A DNA stretch of 64,000 nt from the NCBI GenBank assembly GCA_958295725.1, contig OY282368.1, forward strand, positions 2,882,365 to 2,946,364, in the 5' to 3' direction. Origin of the DNA: an uncultured Alphaproteobacteria bacterium. GTDB taxonomy: Bacteria > Pseudomonadota > Alphaproteobacteria > UBA2966. Shown piece by piece: positions 20,809 to 29,201 of this stretch. Each line of letters starts with the position of its first letter. Position 1 is the stretch's first letter. Under the pieces are notes generated by a model. It had not been told where the DNA came from. It saw only the letters and a program-made list of their open reading frames with translations, and did no database searches. The translations under genes were made by a program, and so were the position numbers.

Positions 20809-21657
20809 GTGCCGACGCCAGCCGGTGTCGAACGACCTGAATCTCCGGAGTCACGAACACTGCTTCCGGGCGTCCTCTCGTATCCCGCCATCGATCCGGT
20901 TCTCGTACAGGTCGGACCATTCGCGATACGTTGGTACGCGCTGGCATATGTCGCCGGCCTGCTGCTGGGTTGGCGCTATATCGTCGCCCTAACCCGCCTG
21001 CCCGACCCGCCGCTCGAGAAACGGGACGTCGACGACTTCATCGTCTGGGCGACATTCGGCGTAGTTCTGGGCGGACGGCTCGGTTACGTCCTGATCTACC
21101 GCCCCGATCACTATCTGGCGAACCCCCTCGACATACTGTTCATATGGGAGGGCGGCATGTCGTTTCACGGCGGCTTGGTCGGCGTGATCTTGGCGGTGTG
21201 GTGGTTTTCCCGACGCCGCGCGCTCGATATCCTGGGTGTTGGCGACTACGTCGCCTGCGCGGCGCCGGTCGGGTTGTTCTTCGGCCGGATCGCGAACTTC
21301 ATCAACGCGGAACTGATCGGACGGCCCAGCGACGTGGCCTGGGCGATGGTGTTTCCCGGCGGCGGCGCGGTTCCGAGGCATCCCAGTCAGCTTTACGAAG
21401 CCCTGCTCGAGGGCCTCCTTCTGTTCGTCGTCTTGGCTGTACTGGTCCGCAAGGACTCGATCCGGCTCAAGCGCGGCACCCTGTTCGGTATCTTCCTCGT
21501 GGGATACAGCGTCGTGCGCGCCATCGCCGAGCTCTATCGCGAACCCGACGCGCATATCGGATTCCTGGTACCGGGCGTGACGATGGGCCAATTGCTGTCC
21601 CTGCCCGTATTCTTCCTCGGCATCTGTCTGCTCGCCCGTGCCGCGAAATCGGACTGA
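20809..21657 (+). CDS. lgt: Prolipoprotein diacylglyceryl transferase
   Basis: IDPV...IRWYALAY, GGRLGYV, WEGGMSFHGG, GRIANFIN.EL.GR, HPSQLYE. Start is uncertain (GTG 20809 or CTG 20860). Confidence 0.95.
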   Translation: MPTPAGVERPESPESRTLLPGVLSYPAIDPVLVQVGPFAIRWYALAYVAGLLLGWRYIVALTRLPDPPLEKRDVDDFIVWATFGVVLGGRLGYVLIYRPDHYLANPLDILFIWEGGMSFHGGLVGVILAVWWFSRRRALDILGVGDYVACAAPVGLFFGRIANFINAELIGRPSDVAWAMVFPGGGAVPRHPSQLYEALLEGLLLFVVLAVLVRKDSIRLKRGTLFGIFLVGYSVVRAIAELYREPDAHIGFLVPGVTMGQLLSLPVFFLGICLLARAAKSD

Positions 21658-22753
21658 GTCCGGCGGCGATCTCGAGGCGCATCTGCGCCGCCGGATCCGG
21701 GCTTTCGGGCCTCTCACCGTGGCGGAGTACATGGCCGAGGCGCTCGGGAATCCGAAGTACGGCTACTACGGGACCCGGAACCCGATCGGCGCCGCGGGCG
21801 ATTTCATCACCGCTCCCGAGATCAGCCAGATGTTCGGCGAACTGATCGGATTGTGGTGCGCCGACACCTGGCGGAAGCTGGGCGCTCCGAATCCGGTGCG
21901 CCTAGCGGAGATTGGACCTGGCCGCGGCACCCTGATGCGCGATGCCCTCCGGGCGGTCCGGACCTTGCCGGCGTTTCGCGGCAGCGCGGACATACACCTC
22001 GTGGAGACCAGCCCCGTCCTCCGCGCGTGCCAGAGAGAAATGCTCCCGGATGTCGACGCGACATGGCACGACCGCTTTCTCCGTGTTCCCGAGGGGCCGG
22101 TCATCGCGGTGGCCAACGAGCTCTTCGATGCGCTCCCCATCCACCAGTTCGAACGGACCCTCCGAGGCTGGCGCGAACGTCTCGTGGACGCCGACGGAGA
22201 CGGTGGAGGGCTCCGCTTCGTGCTCGGACCGGTAACGGCAGCCTTTTCCGTCGTGCCCGAGGGACTCCGGCACGCGCCGCTCGGCAGCATTGTCGAGGTG
22301 AGCCCCGCCCGCGTCGATCTGATGCGGGATATCACCGAACGCGCGATCCACGGCCCGGGAGCGGCCCTCGTCATCGATTACGGCCATCTCGGGACCCGAC
22401 CCCGAGACACCCTGCAGGCCGTTGCCGCCCACCACGGCCACGAGGTACTCGAGTCGCCCGGCGGAGCCGACCTCTGCGCCCATGTCGACTTCGCCGTTCT
22501 CCGGCGGACAGCGTCCGAATGCGGGGCGGACGTCTGGGGACCGGTTCCGCAAGGCGAGTTCCTCGAGTCGCTGGGCATACGGACCCGGGCGGCGCGGATC
22601 AAGGAAACGGCGACACCGGAACAGTGCGACGAGATCGACAGCGCCCTCGAGCGGTTGACCGGCCCCGGCGAGATGGGCACCTTGTTCAAGGTGTTGGCGA
22701 TCACCTCGCCCGGGACACCGGTTCCCGGCGGGTTCGACGCCAATGACCGGTAG
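21638..22753 (+). CDS. SAM-dependent methyltransferase, MidA/NDUFAF7 family
   Basis: GDFITAPEISQMFGE, EIGPGRGTLM, ANELFDALP, IDYG, MGTLFKV. Confidence 0.92.
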   Translation: MPRNRTESGGDLEAHLRRRIRAFGPLTVAEYMAEALGNPKYGYYGTRNPIGAAGDFITAPEISQMFGELIGLWCADTWRKLGAPNPVRLAEIGPGRGTLMRDALRAVRTLPAFRGSADIHLVETSPVLRACQREMLPDVDATWHDRFLRVPEGPVIAVANELFDALPIHQFERTLRGWRERLVDADGDGGGLRFVLGPVTAAFSVVPEGLRHAPLGSIVEVSPARVDLMRDITERAIHGPGAALVIDYGHLGTRPRDTLQAVAAHHGHEVLESPGGADLCAHVDFAVLRRTASECGADVWGPVPQGEFLESLGIRTRAARIKETATPEQCDEIDSALERLTGPGEMGTLFKVLAITSPGTPVPGGFDANDR

Positions 22754-22759
22754 ATCGGC

Positions 22760-23548
22760 ATGCCACGAGACACTCCCGCAGCGCTTCAATCCGGGAATCT
22801 GGCCGATGCCGCCGGAGTTTCCCATGGGTTCTTCACGCGCCGGGGCGGCGTCTCGAATGGCATATACGCTTCGTTGAACTGTGGTTTCGGTTCTTCCGAC
22901 GATCGCCACAGCGTCGCGGCCAACAGAGCCCGGGTAACGCGGGTTCTCGACATGGATCCGGCGAGTCTGAGAACCGTCCATCAGGTCCACGGTACGAACG
23001 TGCGCACCATCGATGACCGGAATGACGCGCGAACGCCGATCCAGGCGGATGCGCTAGCGACCAACCTTTCGGGGATCGCTCTGGGAATTCTGACGGCGGA
23101 CTGCGCCCCCGTTCTTCTGGCGGATCCCACCGCCCACGTGATCGCCGCCGCCCACGCCGGCTGGCGGGGTGCGCTCGACGGCATCGTCGAATCCACGGTA
23201 GCCGCGATGATTGGCTTGGGAGCACACCCATCGTCGACCGTCGCCGGCATCGGACCTTGCATCGGCCCACGGACTTACGAGGTGGATCCCGGATTCCGGG
23301 GGTCGTTCGTCGACCGGAACCCCGAGCACCGGCGTTACTTCCGGGCGGCGCCACGCCCGGACCGTTTTCTTTTCGATCTCTCCGGCTTCGTCGGATCGGC
23401 GCTCAGCGTCGCGGGCATCGGGACCATCGAACGTATCGACGGTGACACCTTGAGCGAAGAGACCCGTTTCTTCAGCTATCGGCGCGCCCGCCACCGGGGA
23501 GAACCCGACTACGGCCGGCAGCTTTCGGCGATCGTACTCCGGCATTGA
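22760..23548 (+). CDS. pgeF: PgeF/YfiH family purine nucleoside phosphorylase / peptidoglycan editing factor
   Basis: HGFFTRRGGVS, QVHG, TADCAPVLL, AHAGWRG, GPCI, FFSYRR. Confidence 0.92.
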   Translation: MPRDTPAALQSGNLADAAGVSHGFFTRRGGVSNGIYASLNCGFGSSDDRHSVAANRARVTRVLDMDPASLRTVHQVHGTNVRTIDDRNDARTPIQADALATNLSGIALGILTADCAPVLLADPTAHVIAAAHAGWRGALDGIVESTVAAMIGLGAHPSSTVAGIGPCIGPRTYEVDPGFRGSFVDRNPEHRRYFRAAPRPDRFLFDLSGFVGSALSVAGIGTIERIDGDTLSEETRFFSYRRARHRGEPDYGRQLSAIVLRH

Positions 23549-24501
23549 GGTCCGATGCCTTGCCGCGCCGGTCGTCGGGGAAGAATATCGTTCGAGTCGG
23601 CCTCGCCTCTCTCTGCGTTCCGCTCGTCTGGGCCGCGGTCATCGGCGGGTGTCAGCCCTTGCCGCGCCCGTTCCAACCCGAAAACAAGGCCGCATCCCTT
23701 GATGGGTATCTGGAGCCCGGTCCGCGGGCCGGTCTCACCGTGGCGAGCCCGAGCGGCCTCTCCCAACGACACTCGGAGCGCCTCGCTACGCTGGTCGCCG
23801 CGGCCCTCCGTGACCTGGGCGTCGTGGCGACGGTGGCAACCTCGGAGCGGCGACGCTATCGATTACACGGGCAAATTGATCAGGAGACCGACCCGCTCGC
23901 CGCGCCCGACGACGCGCTGACCGTCGTCCTGCGCTGGAGCTTCGTCAGTCCCGAAGGCGATGTCGTCGGGACCGTGATCCAGCGCGAGACCCTCGCACCA
24001 CCAGCGTGGCGGGCCCTCACCGAAGCCACGTTGGCCTCCTTCGCGGCGCACGCCGCGCCGCGAATCGAGAGGATGCTCGACATCCATGGCGAAACGCCGG
24101 TCCCGCGCCGGCCTTTCAATCCCGTCGTGGTCTATCGCGTCGACGGCGCACCCGGCGACGGCGCGACCGCCTTGCGGTACGAGATGCGGAGGGCCTTGCG
24201 CACGCGGGGCGTCCCCGTCGTCGAGAACATCGCCGACGACACGTACATCGTGCTCGGTGCCGTTCATATCGACAAGGGACACGCACCGCCAGAACGGACG
24301 GTGGAGATCGACTGGACCATCCTTCGCCCGGATGGCCATCGCGTCGGTTCGGTACGCCAACGGAATTCCGTGGCGGCCGGGCGCCTCGACGACGCCTGGG
24401 GAACGATCGCGACGGCCGTCGCGGATGGCGGCGCGGACGGCGTGACGTCGCTGTTGGAGACGGTTCGGATCGGCCGACGAGATATACTGGGCGGTCGCTG
24501 A
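23545..24501 (+). CDS. Hypothetical protein, probable lipoprotein
   Basis: Hydrophobic N-terminus ending in IGGC|QPLPRPF; GAPGDG motif; overlaps the pgeF stop. Confidence 0.65.
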   Translation: MRSDALPRRSSGKNIVRVGLASLCVPLVWAAVIGGCQPLPRPFQPENKAASLDGYLEPGPRAGLTVASPSGLSQRHSERLATLVAAALRDLGVVATVATSERRRYRLHGQIDQETDPLAAPDDALTVVLRWSFVSPEGDVVGTVIQRETLAPPAWRALTEATLASFAAHAAPRIERMLDIHGETPVPRRPFNPVVVYRVDGAPGDGATALRYEMRRALRTRGVPVVENIADDTYIVLGAVHIDKGHAPPERTVEIDWTILRPDGHRVGSVRQRNSVAAGRLDDAWGTIATAVADGGADGVTSLLETVRIGRRDILGGR

Positions 24502-24788
24502 CCCGCACGTCGATTCGAACGCCGCGTGACTCGGTTCGAACAGGTGCGGGAGGCGCCCCCTAAAGGAGGGTAGGGGGGTCTCCGAAGCCGTTCGTGCCCA
24601 CAAACCGGCCCGGAGGAGGCCATATACGGGTATTCGCCCGCCGCGCCGCGGGGTCGAAAGCGGACCGGGACATCGCGTTTACTCACCGTGGCCTCCTTGA
24701 TAAATTCCGACGTGCTCACGCCCGTCAATCGATTTCGCCCGGCGGGACAACAGACCCTCCCAGCATTGGAGCCGATGGGCGCGCCGCC

Positions 24789-25721
24789 ATGAAGATCGTC
24801 GCCGGCAATGCCAACCGTCCGCTCGCTGAGGCAATGGCGGCGTACTTGAATCAGCCGTTGACCAGGGCCGTCATCCGCCGGTTCTCCGATATGGAGGTAT
24901 TCGTCGAGATCGAGGAGAACATCCGCGGCGAGGACGTTTTCCTGATCCAGCCGACCTCCTATCCGGCGAACGACAACCTGATGGAACTGCTGGTCTGTCT
25001 CGACGCCCTCAAACGGGCGTCGGCGCAACGGATCACGGCCGTCGTGCCGTACTACGGCTATGCCCGACAGGATCGCAAATCAGGCCCCCGTACACCCATT
25101 TCAGCCAAGCTCGTTGCCAACCTGATCACGACCGCCGGCGCCAGCCGGGTCGTCACGCTCGACCTTCACGCCGGTCAGATTCAAGGATTCTTCGATATTT
25201 TGGTGGATAACCTGTTCGCCGCTCCGGTGTTCTCGAAGGATATCAGAGAACGCTACGACGGCGAGGAATTGATGTTCGTGTCGCCCGATGTCGGCGGCGT
25301 GTTACGCGCGCGCGCGCTGGCCAGACGACTTGACGCGGGACTTGCCATCATAGATAAGCGGCGCGAACGAGCGGGCGTTTCCGAAGTGATGAACATCATC
25401 GGCGACGTGTCCGGCCGTCAGTGCGTGATCGTCGACGATATCGTGGATTCGGCTGGCACCCTGTGCAACGCGGCCGACGCGTTGATGGAGGCTGGCGCCA
25501 AGTCGGTGACCGCCTACGTCACCCACGGTGTGCTGTCCGGCGGCGCCGTGGCGCGAGTCACGGGTTCCTCCCTGGAGGCGTTGGTTACGACGGACAGCAT
25601 ATTGGCGACGGAAGCGGTGCGCGTGGCGCGGAACATCCGGCGCATCTCGATCGCACCGCTGATGGCGGAAGCCATGCTGCGAATCAGCGAAGAGCGTTCC
25701 GTCTCGTCGCTGTTCGATTGA
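24789..25721 (+). CDS. prs: Ribose-phosphate pyrophosphokinase
   Basis: [49 protein letters not shown]. Confidence 0.98.
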   Translation: MKIVAGNANRPLAEAMAAYLNQPLTRAVIRRFSDMEVFVEIEENIRGEDVFLIQPTSYPANDNLMELLVCLDALKRASAQRITAVVPYYGYARQDRKSGPRTPISAKLVANLITTAGASRVVTLDLHAGQIQGFFDILVDNLFAAPVFSKDIRERYDGEELMFVSPDVGGVLRARALARRLDAGLAIIDKRRERAGVSEVMNIIGDVSGRQCVIVDDIVDSAGTLCNAADALMEAGAKSVTAYVTHGVLSGGAVARVTGSSLEALVTTDSILATEAVRVARNIRRISIAPLMAEAMLRISEERSVSSLFD

Positions 25722-25782
25722 TGGGGCCGCAGAGACTGTTCCTTCGCGGCCGCGGACAGGACACCTCGATAAGGAGTACGAC

Positions 25783-26496
25783 ATGTCCGACGCTGACGTG
25801 ATTTCGGCGCAATACCGCGCCGAGTTGGGGCGTGGCGCTTCGCGGGCGGCGCGCAGGTCCGGACGCGTTCCCGGCGTGGTCTATGGCGCCGCGAAGGACA
25901 CGGCCTCCATATCGGTCGACCGCCGCCAACTGGATCGCGAAATGGCGCGCGGCGGCTTCTATACGCGCCTGTACAGTCTCCAGATCGACGGCCGGTCCGA
26001 ACAGGTGCTGGCGCGCGAGGTCCAGTCCCATCCGGTCACGGATGTGCCGATGCACGTGGATTTCCTGCGTCTGTCCGGGGACTCCACGATACGGTTGCAG
26101 ATTCCCGTGATTTTCGAGAACGAGGAGGAATCGCCGGGCATCAAGCGCGGTGGGGTGCTGAACGTGGTGCGCCACGAGGTCGAGGTCAACTGCCGGGCGG
26201 ATGCGATCCCGGAGAGCTTTACCGCGGACCTCACGGGCCTCGGTATCGGCGACGCGGTGCGTATCAGCGATATCCGGTTGCCCGAAGGCGTCGAACCCGT
26301 GATCACGGATCGTGACTTCACGATCGCGACCATCGCCGCATCGAGCGCGGCCATCGAGGACGCCGCCGCCGAGGCCGAGGCGGCCGAGCTGACTCCGCCG
26401 GAAGGAGAGGAAGGCGAAAGGCGCGCCGACGGACAGGCCGTCGAGACGGCGGAGGGCGAAGCCCCGGCCGAGTCGGAAGCCACCGAGGAGGGATAG
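25783..26496 (+). CDS. rplY: 50S ribosomal protein L25/general stress protein Ctc
   Basis: GRGASRAARRSGRVPGVVYG, HPVTD..HVDFLR, SPGIKRGG, acidic tail; between prs and pth. Confidence 0.95.
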   Translation: MSDADVISAQYRAELGRGASRAARRSGRVPGVVYGAAKDTASISVDRRQLDREMARGGFYTRLYSLQIDGRSEQVLAREVQSHPVTDVPMHVDFLRLSGDSTIRLQIPVIFENEEESPGIKRGGVLNVVRHEVEVNCRADAIPESFTADLTGLGIGDAVRISDIRLPEGVEPVITDRDFTIATIAASSAAIEDAAAEAEAAELTPPEGEEGERRADGQAVETAEGEAPAESEATEEG

Positions 26497-26504
26497 CCCT
26501 CGCC

Positions 26505-27092
26505 ATGTTGCTCGTCGTCGGCCTGGGCAATCCTGGAGAGCGCTACAAGAAGAACCGGCACAATATCGGCTGGATGGCCGTGGACGCGGTCATCGCGGGC
26601 CATGGATTCGGACCGGAACGCCGGCGCTTCCACGGCTTGGCATCGGAAGGCCGACTGGCTGGGCGCCGGACCACAGCCCTCAAACCGACGACATCCATGA
26701 ACATATCGGGACAGGCGGTCGCCGCCGCCATGCGCTATTACCGGCTGGCGTCGAGGGATGTGGTCGTGTTCCACGACGAGATCGACCTGATTCCCGGCAA
26801 GATCCGGGTCAAACAGGGCGGCGGCAACGCGGGTCACCGGGGACTGATCAGCATCGACGCCCATATCGGAGAGAACTACCGTCGGGTTCGCCTCGGCATC
26901 GGACACCCCGGGGACAAGAGCCGCGTCATTCGCCACGTGTTGGGCGATTTTGCGAAAGTGGATCTGGCGTGGCGCGATTCGCTGCTGGAAGCCATCGTGG
27001 AAGCCGCACCAATGTTGGCGACTGGGGATGAAGCCGGATTTCAGAACAAGGTGGCGATGCTTGCGCCGCCGTCGAAGCCCGACGTCTCGTAA
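26505..27092 (+). CDS. pth: Peptidyl-tRNA hydrolase
   Basis: VGLGNPG..Y..NRHNIG, HDEIDL, GGNAGH, RVRLGIGHPG. Confidence 0.97.
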   Translation: MLLVVGLGNPGERYKKNRHNIGWMAVDAVIAGHGFGPERRRFHGLASEGRLAGRRTTALKPTTSMNISGQAVAAAMRYYRLASRDVVVFHDEIDLIPGKIRVKQGGGNAGHRGLISIDAHIGENYRRVRLGIGHPGDKSRVIRHVLGDFAKVDLAWRDSLLEAIVEAAPMLATGDEAGFQNKVAMLAPPSKPDVS

Positions 27093-27132
27093 CGAACCCC
27101 GTCGAACGGACGATCGAGCCCCGGAGGTTGAT

Positions 27133-27621
27133 ATGCCCGGAGACGACACACCAAGTGTCTGGTACGACGACTGCGAAGTCGGTCACGTATTCGAGCTCGG
27201 CGAAATCACCATGGTCAAGGATGAGATCATCGAGTTCGCCCGCAAATACGACCCGCAGCCCTTCCACGTCGACGAGGAAGCCGCCGCCGCCAGCATGTAC
27301 GGCGGCATCATCGCAAGCGGCTGGCACACGGTATCTGTCTGTATGCGCCTCATCGTGGACAACATGATGGGCCCCGACTCGGGCAGCATCGGCTCTCCCG
27401 GCCTGAGCGAGGTGAGCTGGCCGAAGCCCGTGCGTCCGGGCGACACGCTCAGGCTACGCGCGGAAATACTCGATAAAATCCCTTCCAGGAGCAAACCGGA
27501 CCGTGGATTCTGGCGCGTGCGTTTCGCGGCCCTCAACCAGGACGACGAAGAAGTGGCCGTCATGGTGCCGCTGCAGTATCTTCTGAAACGGCCGAACGCG
27601 CCGCCCCCGGTCCGAAGTTGA
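27133..27621 (+). CDS. MaoC family dehydratase
   Basis: IIEFARKYDPQPFHVDEEAA, GIIASGWHT, PVRPGDTL. Confidence 0.88.
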   Translation: MPGDDTPSVWYDDCEVGHVFELGEITMVKDEIIEFARKYDPQPFHVDEEAAAASMYGGIIASGWHTVSVCMRLIVDNMMGPDSGSIGSPGLSEVSWPKPVRPGDTLRLRAEILDKIPSRSKPDRGFWRVRFAALNQDDEEVAVMVPLQYLLKRPNAPPPVRS

Positions 27622-27648
27622 CGATCCCGATCCCGCCCGTGCTATAGA
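27618..27648 (+). promoter_or_regulatory. Putative sigma70 promoter (TTGACG-N17-GCTATA) for the dienelactone hydrolase gene
   Basis: Matches the alphaproteobacterial housekeeping promoter pattern about 50 bp upstream of the ATG. Confidence 0.4.
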
Positions 27649-27699
27649 TTCGCGCTGGCGTCGGATTTGTCCGATTGCGTCGATGGGAGAGAAAGACCG

Positions 27700-28371
27700 A
27701 TGGGGTCGACGACGACGCTCACCGCGGAGGATGGCCATGAATTCGCCGCCTACGAGGCGGCGGCGGACGGTCCGGTCAAGGGATGCATCGTCGTCGTCCA
27801 GGAGGCGTTTGGACTCAATGGTCACATCCGCGACGTGTGCGACCGACTGGCGGGTGAAGGTTATTCCGCGGTCGCGCCGGCGCTGTACGACCGCGAGGCG
27901 CGCGGGATCGAATTGGGTTACTCCGAGGAAGAGGTTCAGGCGGCTCGGGCGGTCATGACGCGCGTCCCCTGGGATACGGCCATGCTCGACGTACAAGCTG
28001 CGTACGGCCTCCTGGCGCAAAAGGGCTCCGTCGGGATAACGGGTTTCTGTTGGGGTGGATCGGTAACTTGGCTCGCCGCGTGTCGTTTGAATTTCGCTTG
28101 TGCGGTTTCCTACTACGGGGGTCGGATCATCGACTTTGTCGCGGAAAAGCCCTCCTGTCCCACGATGTGCCATTTCGGCGAACTGGATCCGACCATCCCC
28201 ATAAGCGACGTCAACGAGATCATCACCCATCACTCCAGCGTCACGGTGCATGTTTATCCAGACGCCGGGCATGGTTTTCATTGCGACCAGCGCACCCACC
28301 ATCATGAGGAAAGTGCCAGGCTCGCCTGGACTCGCACGATGGCGTTCTTCGAACGCCATCTTCCCGAGTAG
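27700..28371 (+). CDS. Dienelactone hydrolase family protein
   Basis: VQEAFGLNGHIR, GFCWGG nucleophile motif, AGHGF. Confidence 0.9.
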   Translation: MGSTTTLTAEDGHEFAAYEAAADGPVKGCIVVVQEAFGLNGHIRDVCDRLAGEGYSAVAPALYDREARGIELGYSEEEVQAARAVMTRVPWDTAMLDVQAAYGLLAQKGSVGITGFCWGGSVTWLAACRLNFACAVSYYGGRIIDFVAEKPSCPTMCHFGELDPTIPISDVNEIITHHSSVTVHVYPDAGHGFHCDQRTHHHEESARLAWTRTMAFFERHLPE

Positions 28372-28475
28372 GATCCTGTCGAGTTCCGCGCCTCGAACCG
28401 GATGGGATCGACCGGCGAGGAGTCCTTCGGAGCGGCCGCCCCGGGAGTGGCGGCTCGCGCGCGGGAGGCGGGTGT

Positions 28476-29138
28476 TTGCATAAGCGCGAGGCTGTTTGGC
28501 TGTTCGACAGGCTCGGGAAAATCGATCCACGGAAGCTTTCGCCGATACTGAACGTGGGCAGTTCCACCCGGGAATACCGGGAACTCGTGCAGCCTTGGAT
28601 TCAGGATGTCCTCGTCGGTCCATTGCAGGATCGGGGTGTGCGCATCATCCATCTCGACCTCAAGGAGGGCGCCGGAATCGACATATCGGCCGATATCTCC
28701 GACGACGCGGAATTGGAGCGGCTGAAGGCGCTGGGTGCAAGGACAGTGCTCTGTTGCAACGTGATGGAGCACGTTTTCGATCCCGGAGATCTCGCCCGCC
28801 GTTGTTCGGCCCTGGTTCCGAAAGGCGGTTACATCGCGGTCACGGTTCCGTACAGCTATCCGCATCACCGCGATCCGGTCGATACCATGTTCCGGCCGCG
28901 CCCGGACGAAGTCATCGCCCTGTTCGAAGGCGTCGAGGTCGTCGCACGGGAGATCGTCGAAGCGGGTTCCTACAGGGATCAGGTGAAGGAAAGGCCATGG
29001 ATCCTTTTCCGCCATGTCTTTCGTTTCCCTTTCCCGTTCATTGGCCTCGAACGGTGGAAGAGATCCATGAAGAAACTCTACTGGCTGGCCAATCCGTATT
29101 TGCAGTCGTGCGTGATATTGCGGAAGACCTCCGCTTGA
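28476..29138 (+). CDS. Class I SAM-dependent methyltransferase-like protein
   Basis: ILNVGSS (motif I-like), CCNVMEHV, TVPYSYPHHRDP.D; TTG start. Confidence 0.7.
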   Translation: MHKREAVWLFDRLGKIDPRKLSPILNVGSSTREYRELVQPWIQDVLVGPLQDRGVRIIHLDLKEGAGIDISADISDDAELERLKALGARTVLCCNVMEHVFDPGDLARRCSALVPKGGYIAVTVPYSYPHHRDPVDTMFRPRPDEVIALFEGVEVVAREIVEAGSYRDQVKERPWILFRHVFRFPFPFIGLERWKRSMKKLYWLANPYLQSCVILRKTSA

Positions 29139-29201
29139 CTGTCAGGCGTCGTCGAGACTCGGGCGGCGACGCAGCCAAGGCGTCGTGGTCCCCGCGCGCA
29201 A

